Below, piece after piece: positions 11,686 through 19,558 of a DNA stretch of 32,000 nt. The notes beneath the pieces are model-generated. The model did no database searches and was not told the DNA's origin. It saw only the letters and a list, made by a program, of their open reading frames with translations. Position numbers and translations under genes: made by a program. Source of the stretch: Candidatus Saccharimonadota bacterium (GTDB lineage: Bacteria > Patescibacteriota > Gracilibacteria > Absconditabacterales > Absconditicoccaceae); assembly GCA_000503875.1 (NCBI GenBank), contig CP006913.1:240001-272000 (forward strand), given 5' to 3'. Position 1 is the first letter of the stretch. Each line of letters begins with the position of its first letter.

Positions 11686-12303
11686 ATGAAACAAAAAATC
11701 TGATCAAGATATATATTGTTTTTCTTTAGTACTATGGGGTTTTTCTTACTTTCAATAATAGTTTCTTTTTGGGATTTTGACAATGATGAAATACAAAATG
11801 AATCTAAAGAATTTCCAATAGTACAACAAATTCCAAAGGAAGTACCAGAAATTTTGGTAAGAAATCCAAATGAAATTCGTTTGGAAATTCCCAGTATCTA
11901 CGTTGATGCTGCTGTTATATCTGTTGGATTGACAAAAGATGGCATAATGGATTCTCCAAATAATGGAGATGATGTTTGATTATTTACATTAGGGAAACGT
12001 CCTGGTGAAAATTGAACCGCTGTTATAGCTGGGCATTATTGAATATGGAAAGATGGAACGATATCTGTTTTTCATGATATTAATACATTAAAAAAATGAG
12101 ATAAACTTCATATAGGAGACGGAAAATGATGAAGCGTATCTTTTGTTGTTCGTGAAAGTAAAATATATGACCCAAATGAAGGTGTTTCAGAAGTATTCTT
12201 ATCAAATGATGGGAAATCACACCTCAACCTTATTACTTGTATCTTAGATAAAAAAACAAAACAATATTCTAAGCGTTTAGTCGTATTTACTGACAAAATA
12301 TAA
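11686..12303 (+). CDS. Sortase (class E/F-like transpeptidase)
   Basis: N-terminal TM segment. Motifs: PGEN-G-TAVIAGH (catalytic His), HLNLITC (catalytic Cys), KRLVVF (Arg). Starts 8 nt after the FPKTG protein. Six or more in-frame TGA codons. Confidence 0.85.
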
Positions 12304-12304
12304 T

Positions 12305-12613
12305 CTATTTTGTTTCTTCCAAAATTATTCTTTTTGAGAATCCTCATCTTTTTTCATATTTTTCAATTCTGATTTTTTCTATTTCTTCTTTTGAAATTCA
12401 ATGAAAATCTCCTATTGCATAGACAACTTCCAAAATATCAGCTAGTTCTTCAGCCACATTGGTTCAAGAAAAGAGCTCTTTTCCTTCTTCATAAAATTTA
12501 TTTTCTAATCTTTGTTTATATTCCTGATCACCAGCAATATGAGTGATAGCTTGCTCTCAATTACTTTCAATAATTGCTGGAATATTGTCTCTAACGAGTT
12601 TATCGTGGTGCAT
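12305..12613 (-). CDS. MazG-like nucleoside triphosphate pyrophosphohydrolase (small KLVRD..IP family)
   Basis: Minus-strand frame MHHDKLVRDNIPAIIESN-G-EQ...EELADILEVVYAIGDFH-G-ISKEEIEKIRIEKYEKR-G-GFSKRIILEE. It matches the all-alpha NTP-PPase/MazG-like 'house-cleaning' family. Four TGA codons; stop TAG at 12305-12307. Confidence 0.75.
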
Positions 12614-12641
12614 AAGGGAAAAAATAAAGTAAAACAATCAA

Positions 12642-13835
12642 TTATTCTAAAGCTTTGAGTAAATCTTCTTTTTTATCATCTCGATTGTTTTCTAAAATTT
12701 TAGGGACTGGTATTTTATCTAATCATAAATCTTCTTCATAAAGATAATGTTTGAAATTTTCTGCATTTATACATCCAGTAATATTTTGTCGCATCCACAA
12801 TTCTTCACTTCATTGTCAAAATCAGATTTTTCCTTCTTCTTTTTGTCAAAATTCTTTAAACTGTTCTATGAGTTTATTTTGTGTGTCTTTTGATCGTCAT
12901 AATGCATTGCCTTTACTTTCTACTTGATGAGTAAAATTTTCTAAAGTAAGACTGTAAATTGAAATATGTTGTAAATATTCAGGACGAAAAATTTCTGGTA
13001 AATCAAAATTAAATTCAAATCCATAAAAAATATAAGGCAAAACCCATTCTATTATAGTAAAAGCTTTTTCTGTATCTAATTTTTTGATGTTTTTATTTAA
13101 GGCAGCTATTACTCAGTCTTGAAGTCTTTTTAAATCGATCTTACTAGATGTTGCACTATAAAAAGCAATCAGCATAGCTTCATTATTTCGATTCCAACCG
13201 CCAACTAAATCAGCAAGAATTGCGTCTATGTTAAGAGAGTTATCTTCATTAACATATTTTTTTGCAGATTCCTGATAATTGTTTTTAACTGTTTCTATAT
13301 ACTTACCTCGTTCTTGTTCTTCCCAAGTTAATCCTTTTTTACATACATTATTAATCGTTGTTATAATATTTGTTGTATCGATATTTACTTCTATGCTGTG
13401 AGCATTTTCTATTTCTTCAAGTAAAGATTTAAGCTCAATGTAGAAATCTTTTTCATATACTTCAGAATTTTTATTTCAAAGAAAGTACATCTCTTCAAAT
13501 TGTTTAATTAATTTAATTAAAGATGATTTAAGTATATATTTTAATTCTGATTTTGGTACTTCTGACAAAAAAGAAATAATTTCATCTATATATTTAAGAT
13601 AAGAAAATCTTTTATTGATTGTAGATAAACGTGAGAAAATGAATTTATCTAGATCAAAATTTCCATCATCATTGACTATATTATTTCGGTTAATTGCTTT
13701 TGGATAATGTGCTCTACATTTTTGATCAAATATCTTATTCCAATTTATTTGTCTTCCTAGTTTTCCATAAGGGAAAATTTCTTTTTGATCAAAAATAATT
13801 TCTTTTTTTTCTAAAGGTGAAGGAAAATTATTCAT
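12642..13835 (-). CDS. Hypothetical protein (397 aa), upstream of and co-oriented with the MazG-like gene
   Basis: Extends tracked ORF 13476..13835 through TGA codons to TAA at 12642-12644 with no TAA/TAG. Contains about 6 CGA codons. No recognisable domain, signal peptide or TM segment. Confidence 0.65.
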
Positions 13836-13837
13836 AA

Positions 13838-13869
13838 GAAAAAATGTTAAGAATAAATCAATATTCTTA
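13838..13869 (-). terminator. Putative terminator after the DUF333 gene
   Basis: 8-bp hairpin taagaata/tattctta (13848-13869). On the minus strand it is followed by TTTTTT, 3 nt before the ATG of the next gene. Confidence 0.45.
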
Positions 13870-13893
13870 TATATAAATATATAAAAAAGTCAA
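13866..13893 (-). promoter_or_regulatory. Putative promoter for the 397-aa gene
   Basis: Minus strand: TTGACT (13893-13888), 16 nt, TATAAG (13871-13866). Overlaps the terminator hairpin arm. Confidence 0.3.
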
Positions 13894-13912
13894 TAGATGT
13901 TATTGATAAAAA

Positions 13913-14389
13913 TTATTCAGCTTCTCCATTTCCTGCGCTTGGATTTGGATCGTAAGGATTTGGACATTCACCATCAAGATTTGCTTGTGCATTACAAAGT
14001 GTTCCATCAATTCTTTTACACATAGGGGTATCAGTTCCAACTCCTTCTACTTCACCACCAGTAATTGCACAATATATTTCTGCGTCATTTTCATATCCAG
14101 TAACTTTCATTCCTCCAATAGGACAATCCCCACGTAAGAAAGCCCATTCTTCACATTGACGATTATCTTCAAAAAGACAAACGCCATATTCGCCCTTTTT
14201 ATTTTTTCTTGTTTCTAGTATTCCTCATTTTTCAAGACAATTTGTTGAAGCTGGATTTGCTATACCAGTTTGTTCTTGTAGGGGTGTGTTTTTAATTTCG
14301 AAATTAAACCAATCGGTTTTTGTATTAACAAATTTTAAACTGGCTAATACAATAATGGTAATAATTACTGTCCAGAAAGTTTTTTTCAT
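13913..14389 (-). CDS. DUF333-domain (putative hemolysin-like) secreted or anchored protein
   Basis: MKKTFWTVIITIIVLASL signal/anchor. NPASTNCLEK-G(TGA)-GILETRKNKKGEYGVCLFEDNRQCEEWAFLRGDCP is the DUF333 signature. A Cys-rich acidic tail follows. Extends tracked ORF 13913..14110. Confidence 0.72.
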
Positions 14390-14414
14390 AAACATGTGTT
14401 TAGAAAATAAAGGA

Positions 14415-14735
14415 TTAGGTGCTCTTCTTCAGTATTTTTATTTTTCTTATTCCAAAAAACAATGATACTAAAATAATTATTTTTATTAGATAATGTCAGT
14501 GTATATCAACGATATCTTTCGTCATAGGAGTTATATTTCCTACGAGAAAATGTACGATAACTGCGATAGGTAATGTTAAAAAAACTCGATTTAATCTTGG
14601 AACAATAATTCTTATTTTTTTAAATAGTCTGGATAACAATGGAGCTAGCAAGTACATTCATCCAAAGGCAACAACAAGATCAAAAATAGCATATCCACCA
14701 ACGCGAAATTGTCTAAGAAATTCTATTACATTCAT
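14415..14735 (-). CDS. Small membrane protein (106 aa)
   Basis: MNVIEFLRQFRVGGYAIFDLVVAFG-G-MYLLAPLL... with three hydrophobic segments. Two TGA codons. Lies 25 nt upstream of the DUF333 gene start and is absent from the standard-code track. Confidence 0.55.
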
Positions 14736-14808
14736 ATGATATATTTCAAAGTAAATATATAACTCTTCTATAATCATCCCCAAAAGCAATACAAGAAATA
14801 TATTCAAA

Positions 14809-14837
14809 ATAAAAAAAACGCTCAAATAATGAGCGTT
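14809..14837 (-). terminator. Rho-independent terminator
   Basis: Perfect 8-bp hairpin aacgctca-aataa-tgagcgtt. On the minus strand it is followed by an 8-nt T run, downstream of CDS 14865..15434. Confidence 0.8.
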
Positions 14838-14864
14838 AAATATAATGAATGAGATCTATTTTAC

Positions 14865-15434
14865 CTAGTGTTGAATTTGGCTCCTACGTAGTATATAACC
14901 AATGAGAAGTCCAAATAAAATAAGTAAGGAATAGATAACGATAGGAACGATGCTAGGAAAATATTGACTAATAAATATCCCAGTAAATAAGGCAGAACCT
15001 ATAAATATTACATTATTGGTTTTTTTGTTTTTCTTTCTCCAGAATAATCCAAAGAGAAATGCAACAATATAACAGATAGGTGTTTCCCAAGCGGTTTTTG
15101 GTATACCAATAGGGATAGAAACACTATCTTCTTCTATTTTATCGTTTTTCTTTATAAGATAAAACGATGTAGCATATCCCTGTTTTTTAAATCCCCATTT
15201 GTCATAAGAATGATCAGAGCATTCCTTAAGTTGGCTACTACCTTTATTCCAGGCCTCTACAACATTTTTACCATTATGTTTGCTAAATAATTCTTCAGAT
15301 ATTTCTATTTTCTCGATTTTTTTAACTAAGAAAATACCTTCATCTGTTTTTAGCACACCAAATTCTTCTTTATCCTGTGCAAATAAAGTACAAGATAAGA
15401 TAAGCATAAAGCTAATTGTTAATAGTGTTTTCAT
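14865..15434 (-). CDS. Hypothetical membrane protein with signal peptide (possible lipoprotein)
   Basis: Intact ORF. MKTLLTISFMLILSC (lipobox-like ILSC), then a soluble domain of about 110 aa and 2-3 C-terminal TM segments. Confidence 0.7.
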   Translation of the reverse strand: MKTLLTISFMLILSCTLFAQDKEEFGVLKTDEGIFLVKKIEKIEISEELFSKHNGKNVVEAWNKGSSQLKECSDHSYDKWGFKKQGYATSFYLIKKNDKIEEDSVSIPIGIPKTAWETPICYIVAFLFGLFWRKKNKKTNNVIFIGSALFTGIFISQYFPSIVPIVIYSLLILFGLLIGYILRRSQIQH

Positions 15435-15542
15435 CTTTATATATATTTTGGTTATTTTTTTTGTTTTTATTAATATAATTTATTATATCAATTAAGACTT
15501 TAAAGTCAATATAATTACAAAAAATGCGATATAAAAATTCTC

Positions 15543-15571
15543 TTGCATTTGCTCAAATATTTTCTATATAT
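15543..15571 (+). promoter_or_regulatory. Putative promoter of the DUF134 gene
   Basis: TTGCAT (15543-15548), 16-17 nt, TATATA/ATATAT. A second perfect TATAAT lies at 15587-15592. Confidence 0.35.
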
Positions 15572-15584
15572 GGGAATATTCCCA
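15571..15584. promoter_or_regulatory. Perfect 14-bp palindrome, candidate operator
   Basis: TGGGAATATTCCCA lies between or over the candidate -10 boxes, 21 nt upstream of the DUF134 start codon. Confidence 0.45.
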
Positions 15585-15604
15585 TTTATAATTAATTATA
15601 GTCA

Positions 15605-15895
15605 ATGACGCCATGTTCAGAAAAGGGGAGGAAGAAGAAGATTAGATGCATCGACTTCGCTCCTGATGCCTGTGTCTTCCTCCCCACTGGATGCTGTGGC
15701 ACCAACGGAGAAATTACGCTTGCTAAGGATGAAGTCGAGACACTGAGACTCAAAAATATAGAGGGATTAGATATTGTAGCTGGTGGTGAAAAAATGCAAA
15801 TCTCGAAATCTACCTTCGCAAGAATTTATGAAAGTTGTGTAGATAAAATTGCCGACGCGATTGTCCATGGGAAAAGAATTGTGTTAGAAAAGTAA
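15605..15895 (+). CDS. DUF134 (UPF0251) family putative DNA-binding protein
   Basis: KKIRCIDFAPDACVFLP.G......ITLAKDEVETLRLKNIEGLDIVAGGEKMQISKSTFARIYESCVDKIADAIVHGKRIVLE matches the DUF134 pattern (l..dE.EalRL.D.egl.q.eaA..M.vSr.Tf.ri...Ar.Kia.al..Gk.i.i). Confidence 0.75.
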   Translation: MTPCSEKGRKKKIRCIDFAPDACVFLPTGCCGTNGEITLAKDEVETLRLKNIEGLDIVAGGEKMQISKSTFARIYESCVDKIADAIVHGKRIVLEK

Positions 15896-15949
15896 CTTGA
15901 CCATTAAAAGTATAATCAGAATTATTTTAATTTATTATCAAAAAAGCCC

Positions 15950-16687
15950 ATGAAATACCTCATATGAGCCAATTTTAAAATGTACAAAAGTCATAAAGAT
16001 TTACAGGAATATTTTGATCAGTTTGTAAATAATTATGCCTGTTTTGTAAATATTGACCTGATGATTGCACCAATGACCGTGTGTTTGGGAACCGCTTCAG
16101 AAATGACCAAAGACAGTTGCGTGCATCTTGGGGCTCAGAATATGCATTACGAAGATCAGGGGGCATATACCGGAGAAACTTCGCCATTGATTCTTAAGGA
16201 ACTTGGTGCTGAGTACGTGATTATCGGACATTCAGAAAGAAGACAATATTTCGGCGAAACCAACCAGATGATCAATAAAAAGCTCAAATCAGCTTTGCAA
16301 CACGGTATTAGACCAATTCTTTGTATCGGAGAAAACCTCGAGCAAAAAGAACTTGGTATCAGCAAAGAAACCTTGAAAATCCAATTACGCGAGGCATTAC
16401 AGGGAATTGATACTCTTGATCAGATAGATGTTGCCTACGAACCTGTGCGAGCAATCGGAACTGGGAAAAGCGCGACTCCAGAAGAGGTCCAAGATATTCA
16501 TGAGTATATTAGATCAGTTCTTGGAAACGAAAAAAGCAGAATTATCTATGGCGGAAGTGTAAATGACACCAACGCAGACATCTTGATCGCTCAACCTGCA
16601 GTCAACGGCTTCCTTATCGGCTCTGCCAGCCTCGATCCTCAAAAATTCCTAAAGATCTTGGATGTGGTATCTAAGAAAAATAAATAA
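15950..16687 (+). CDS. tpiA: Triosephosphate isomerase
   Basis: True start is MKYLI-G(TGA)-ANFKMY, upstream of the tracked ORF. Motifs: GAYTGETSP, IIGHSERR, AYEPV-W(CGA 16448-16450)-AIGTG, IYGGSV. Confidence 0.93.
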
Positions 16688-16692
16688 ACCAA

Positions 16693-16905
16693 ATCTATCA
16701 AGGTCGATAGCACAGCGAAGTATTGTAAACCTTAAGTGAAAATGGAAGACTATGTTGTTAGCCATAGGGAGCCCTGGGACTGTTGGTGGGTGTTTGGCTT
16801 GTCTTATTGGGAGTGATATGGAAAAATATCTGATGAGAGCGCTGCTAGCGACTAGACCTTTTTGGTTACTTTTTGGGGCAATGCTAAAAAGTAACATAGA
16901 AAAAT
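16693..16905 (+). repeat. Structured intergenic element, copy A (candidate cis-regulatory RNA or ncRNA)
   Basis: It shares with copy B a 5' box, ATCTA..AAGG.CGATAGC(A/G)CAGCGAAGTA (16693-16722). It also shares a 3' hairpin, TTTTTGGTTACTTTTTG-loop-AAAAAGTAACAT (16859-16897; 10-bp stem 16865-16874/16886-16895). The core is G+C-rich. The 5' box can pair with CGCUGCUAGCGACU (16839-16852). Confidence 0.55.
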
Positions 16906-16933
16906 TAATTTTAACTTATTACTATAATCTACA

Positions 16934-18295
16934 ATGATAACTTCAACAAACCCATACACGCAAGAAACTACAAAAACCTATGAACAAATGTCCCGAGACG
17001 AGGTAGAATCCAAAATCAACCAAGCCCACCAAGCATTCTGAAAACGGAAAAAAACATCTTTCGCAGAAAGAAAAACATATATGAATAATTTTGCAAAATT
17101 AATGCAAGACCAATTCGAAGACCTAGCAAAACTAGATACCCAAGAAATGGGAATGCTTTATAAAGATGCAAAAGGAGACGTGACAAAATCAGCTTCTAAT
17201 ATCGGTTATTTTGCAGAAAATGCAGAAAAAATTCTCGCACCAAAACCATTTGATCAAGATGGTCTCAAAGGAGAAATTGTTTATCAACCCAAAGGAGTTA
17301 TTTTCTCTGTGATGCCATGGAATTATCCATTTAATCAAGTCTTGAGAAGCGCAATTCCAAATATTATGGCAGGGAATGTCGTATTGATGAAACACGCATC
17401 CAATGTCCCTCAAGTTGCCGAAAAAATCGAACAATTGTTTGCACAAGCAGGCTTTCCGAAGGGTGTATATACCAACCTTTTTCTTCCTCACGAATTTACC
17501 GAAAAAATTATCGCTCATCCTTTGGTAATTGGAGCAAATGTTACTGGTTCTGATGCTGTGGGGAGACAGATTGGTTCGCTAGCTGGAAAATACCTCAAAC
17601 CTTCTGTGCTTGAACTTGGAGGAAACGATCCCTTTATTGTTTTAGAAACAAACGATCTTGATGCTATTGTTAAACAAGCAATTAAAGGCAGATTTTCAAA
17701 CTATGGTCAGAAGTGTAATTCATCGAAAAGATTTATAGTCATCGAATCGATGTACGACGCGTTTTGCGAGAAATTTACTGCAGCAGTTAACGAGTTCACC
17801 ATAGGTGACCCGATGAATGAGGCAACAGATATCGGACCGTTGGCAAAAGCTTCCGCTGTCAAAGATATCGATGCCCAGGTACAAGCAAGTATCCAGCAAT
17901 GAGCCATCCTTTTGACAGGCGGAAAACCTTGATCAACCTTCGGACCAAATTTCTACTTGCCAACGGTCCTCAAAGATGTGGTTCCTGGTATGAAAGTCTT
18001 CGACGAAGAAGTCTTCGGTCCTGTTGCTCCTATAAGCAAAGCCAAAGATATTGAAGAAATTATTCACCTAGCAAACCAAAGTATCTATGGGCTTTGATGT
18101 TCAATTTTCTGAGATAACAAAGAAGACAAAGAATATATTGCACAACAGGTAGAAGTTAGTAATGCATTTATTGATAAAGTAGTGACAAGCTATGCCTTCC
18201 TTCCTTACGGAGGAATCAAAAATACCGGATATGGAAAAGAATTATCAGAACACGGACTGAAGGTATTTATGAATGAAAAAGTGATTGTAAAGTAG
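16934..18295 (+). CDS. NAD(P)+-dependent aldehyde dehydrogenase (succinate-semialdehyde dehydrogenase-like, YneI/GabD type)
   Basis: MITSTNPYTQE...AF-G(TGA)-K-W(CGG 17045-17047)-KK..ERK. Motifs: MPWNYPFNQV, ELGGNDPFIV (catalytic Glu), GQKCNSSKRFIV (catalytic Cys), EEVFGPV, PYGGIKNTGYGKE. It joins tracked ORF 17081 and runs through TGA codons to TAG at 18293-18295. Confidence 0.9.
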
Positions 18296-18352
18296 AATTG
18301 ATTTTTATTGAGATTTTTGTATATAAGAAAAGTAAAATAAAAACTAGATAAA

Positions 18353-18730
18353 ATGAATAAACAGGTATTATTAACATTAGATCAAGACGGTATATACGTC
18401 GGAGATTGTGAGTTAGATAGAAGCTTTTTCTTTGATCTCAAAGAAGCTGGATTTATCCAACGAGCTTCTTCCTTTGAAGATTTACCAGAAAAAATTTCTG
18501 CGCAATTCTCTGTGGAAGATGAAGAACTTATTCAAGACAAAATCGTCGTTAATATTTTTACAAACAACCCTGTTCCAGAAAAATGGGGAAGAACCGCAAA
18601 ATATCTCAATAGAGATCTTATCGGGACTTGGGATGGTAAAGATGTTATAGAATGTAACTTCCAATTGGATTTGGAGTATGTAAGCATTGTTGAAAAAGGT
18701 GTATCGATTACGATAGATATTCCCTTATAA
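18353..18730 (+). CDS. Hypothetical small acidic protein, paralog 1
   Basis: Intact ORF. Shares FEDLPEK...KIVVNIFTNNPVPEKW...IECNFQLDLEYVSIVEKGVSITI with the next gene. Confidence 0.7.
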   Translation: MNKQVLLTLDQDGIYVGDCELDRSFFFDLKEAGFIQRASSFEDLPEKISAQFSVEDEELIQDKIVVNIFTNNPVPEKWGRTAKYLNRDLIGTWDGKDVIECNFQLDLEYVSIVEKGVSITIDIPL

Positions 18731-18735
18731 AAATT

Positions 18736-18767
18736 AATTCCTGGTGTTTTTGCCAGGGATTTTTTTA
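18736..18767 (+). terminator. Rho-independent terminator
   Basis: attcctgg-tgtttttg-ccagggat followed by tttttt. Confidence 0.75.
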
Positions 18768-18778
18768 AATATTTTTTA

Positions 18779-18806
18779 TTGATATTATTGACAAAATAAA
18801 TATAAT
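18779..18806 (+). promoter_or_regulatory. Putative promoter of paralog 2
   Basis: TTGATA (18779-18784), 16 nt, TATAAT (18801-18806). Confidence 0.4.
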
Positions 18807-18843
18807 GTACAAAATAAAACTTAAAACCTAAAACATAAAACAT

Positions 18844-19242
18844 ATGAAAAACAAAGATGTTATTTCCTTCTTTTTAGGATGGGATGATGTTGAAAAGAGA
18901 TACGCTGAAGGTATTTGTATTGAAACCTCTTCTCTTAAATATCTTATTGAAAAAGGCAAATTATTTGCGAAAAATCTTGAAGATTTGCCAAAAGTCATGG
19001 AAGGAGAAGCTATTGTTATTCCTGAGGGAATAATAGAAGGAAAAGTTATGGTATGTATTTTTACAGAAACACCTATTCCCCAAAAATGGCTATCATCAAG
19101 AGATCTTTTTGATGCAAATAAAGCTCTAATGAATCCCGAAATTCTCGAAAACCCAGAAAGAAAAAATATAGAATTTTCTTTTGAGCTTCGAGAAGAAGAG
19201 GTAGAGGTTTTAGAAGAAAAAGTAGTGGTGATTGTATTCTAA
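18844..19242 (+). CDS. Hypothetical small acidic protein, paralog 2
   Basis: Intact ORF. LEDLPKV...KVMVCIFTETPIPQKW...IEFSFELREEEVEVLEEKVVVIV aligns with paralog 1. Confidence 0.7.
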   Translation: MKNKDVISFFLGWDDVEKRYAEGICIETSSLKYLIEKGKLFAKNLEDLPKVMEGEAIVIPEGIIEGKVMVCIFTETPIPQKWLSSRDLFDANKALMNPEILENPERKNIEFSFELREEEVEVLEEKVVVIVF

Positions 19243-19261
19243 AAAAGCCACTAAAATAGAG

Positions 19262-19290
19262 AATCCCTAGTTATATTAGGGATTTTTTTT
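19262..19290 (+). terminator. Rho-independent terminator
   Basis: Perfect 8-bp stem aatcccta/tagggatt followed by tttttttt. Confidence 0.8.
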
Positions 19291-19558
19291 AAACGAAATT
19301 ATTTTAAAAATATAATAGTATTATTTTAAATTTAGTACTAGTATTTTCAAAATACAAAAGAATATTATTATGTGATAGAAATAAGATCAACGTTTGAATT
19401 AAAAAAGAGAAAATAATATTTGAAAAGTAAACTTTAAAACCAGAATCTTTTTGATTCAACTTTTTTTGTTAAAAGAATTAAAACCTCTTGAAAATAACTA
19501 ACGAATCACTATCCATAATCAGATTCTAAATTTTTTAAATGTTTTAACTTTTATTAGT

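Noticed and set aside
12303-12305. Convergent genes whose stop codons are 1-3 nt apart (sortase/MazG-like at 12303/12305; 21828-gene/prfA at 23573/23577), with no terminator between them.
   Set aside because: This is consistent with the generally compact genome. There is nothing beyond tight packing to support a functional claim.
16448-16450. An apparent Trp->Arg substitution in the TPI catalytic loop (EPV-R-AIGTG), with similar 'Arg' at conserved Trp in ALDH, AlaRS and the amidase, suggested inactive enzymes.
   Set aside because: The pattern is systematic for CGA/CGG only, while true Arg columns use other codons. It is better explained by CGA/CGG=Trp.
16830-16837. CUGAUGAG inside element A resembles the hammerhead ribozyme core.
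   Set aside because: No stem II followed by GAAA is present, there is no plausible cleavage-site helix, and copy B lacks the motif.
16752-16937. A 61-aa ORF (MLLAIGSPGTVGG...) lies inside the tpiA-ALDH spacer.
   Set aside because: It has no counterpart in copy B, overlaps the ALDH start, and lies in a region whose conservation pattern (boxes plus helices) is RNA-like.
14865-19242. Genes with zero TGA codons (14865-15434, DUF134, both small paralogs) might be recent foreign acquisitions using the standard code.
   Set aside because: They are short, with few Gly codons. TGA is only a minority of Gly codons even in clearly native genes (2 in all of fusA), so its absence is not statistically meaningful.
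19443-19470. Hairpin gaatc-ttttt-gattc plus a T-run in the spacer upstream of fusA, considered as a terminator or attenuator.
   Set aside because: The stem is only 5 bp and A/T-rich, in a very AT-rich spacer, so it is indistinguishable from chance.
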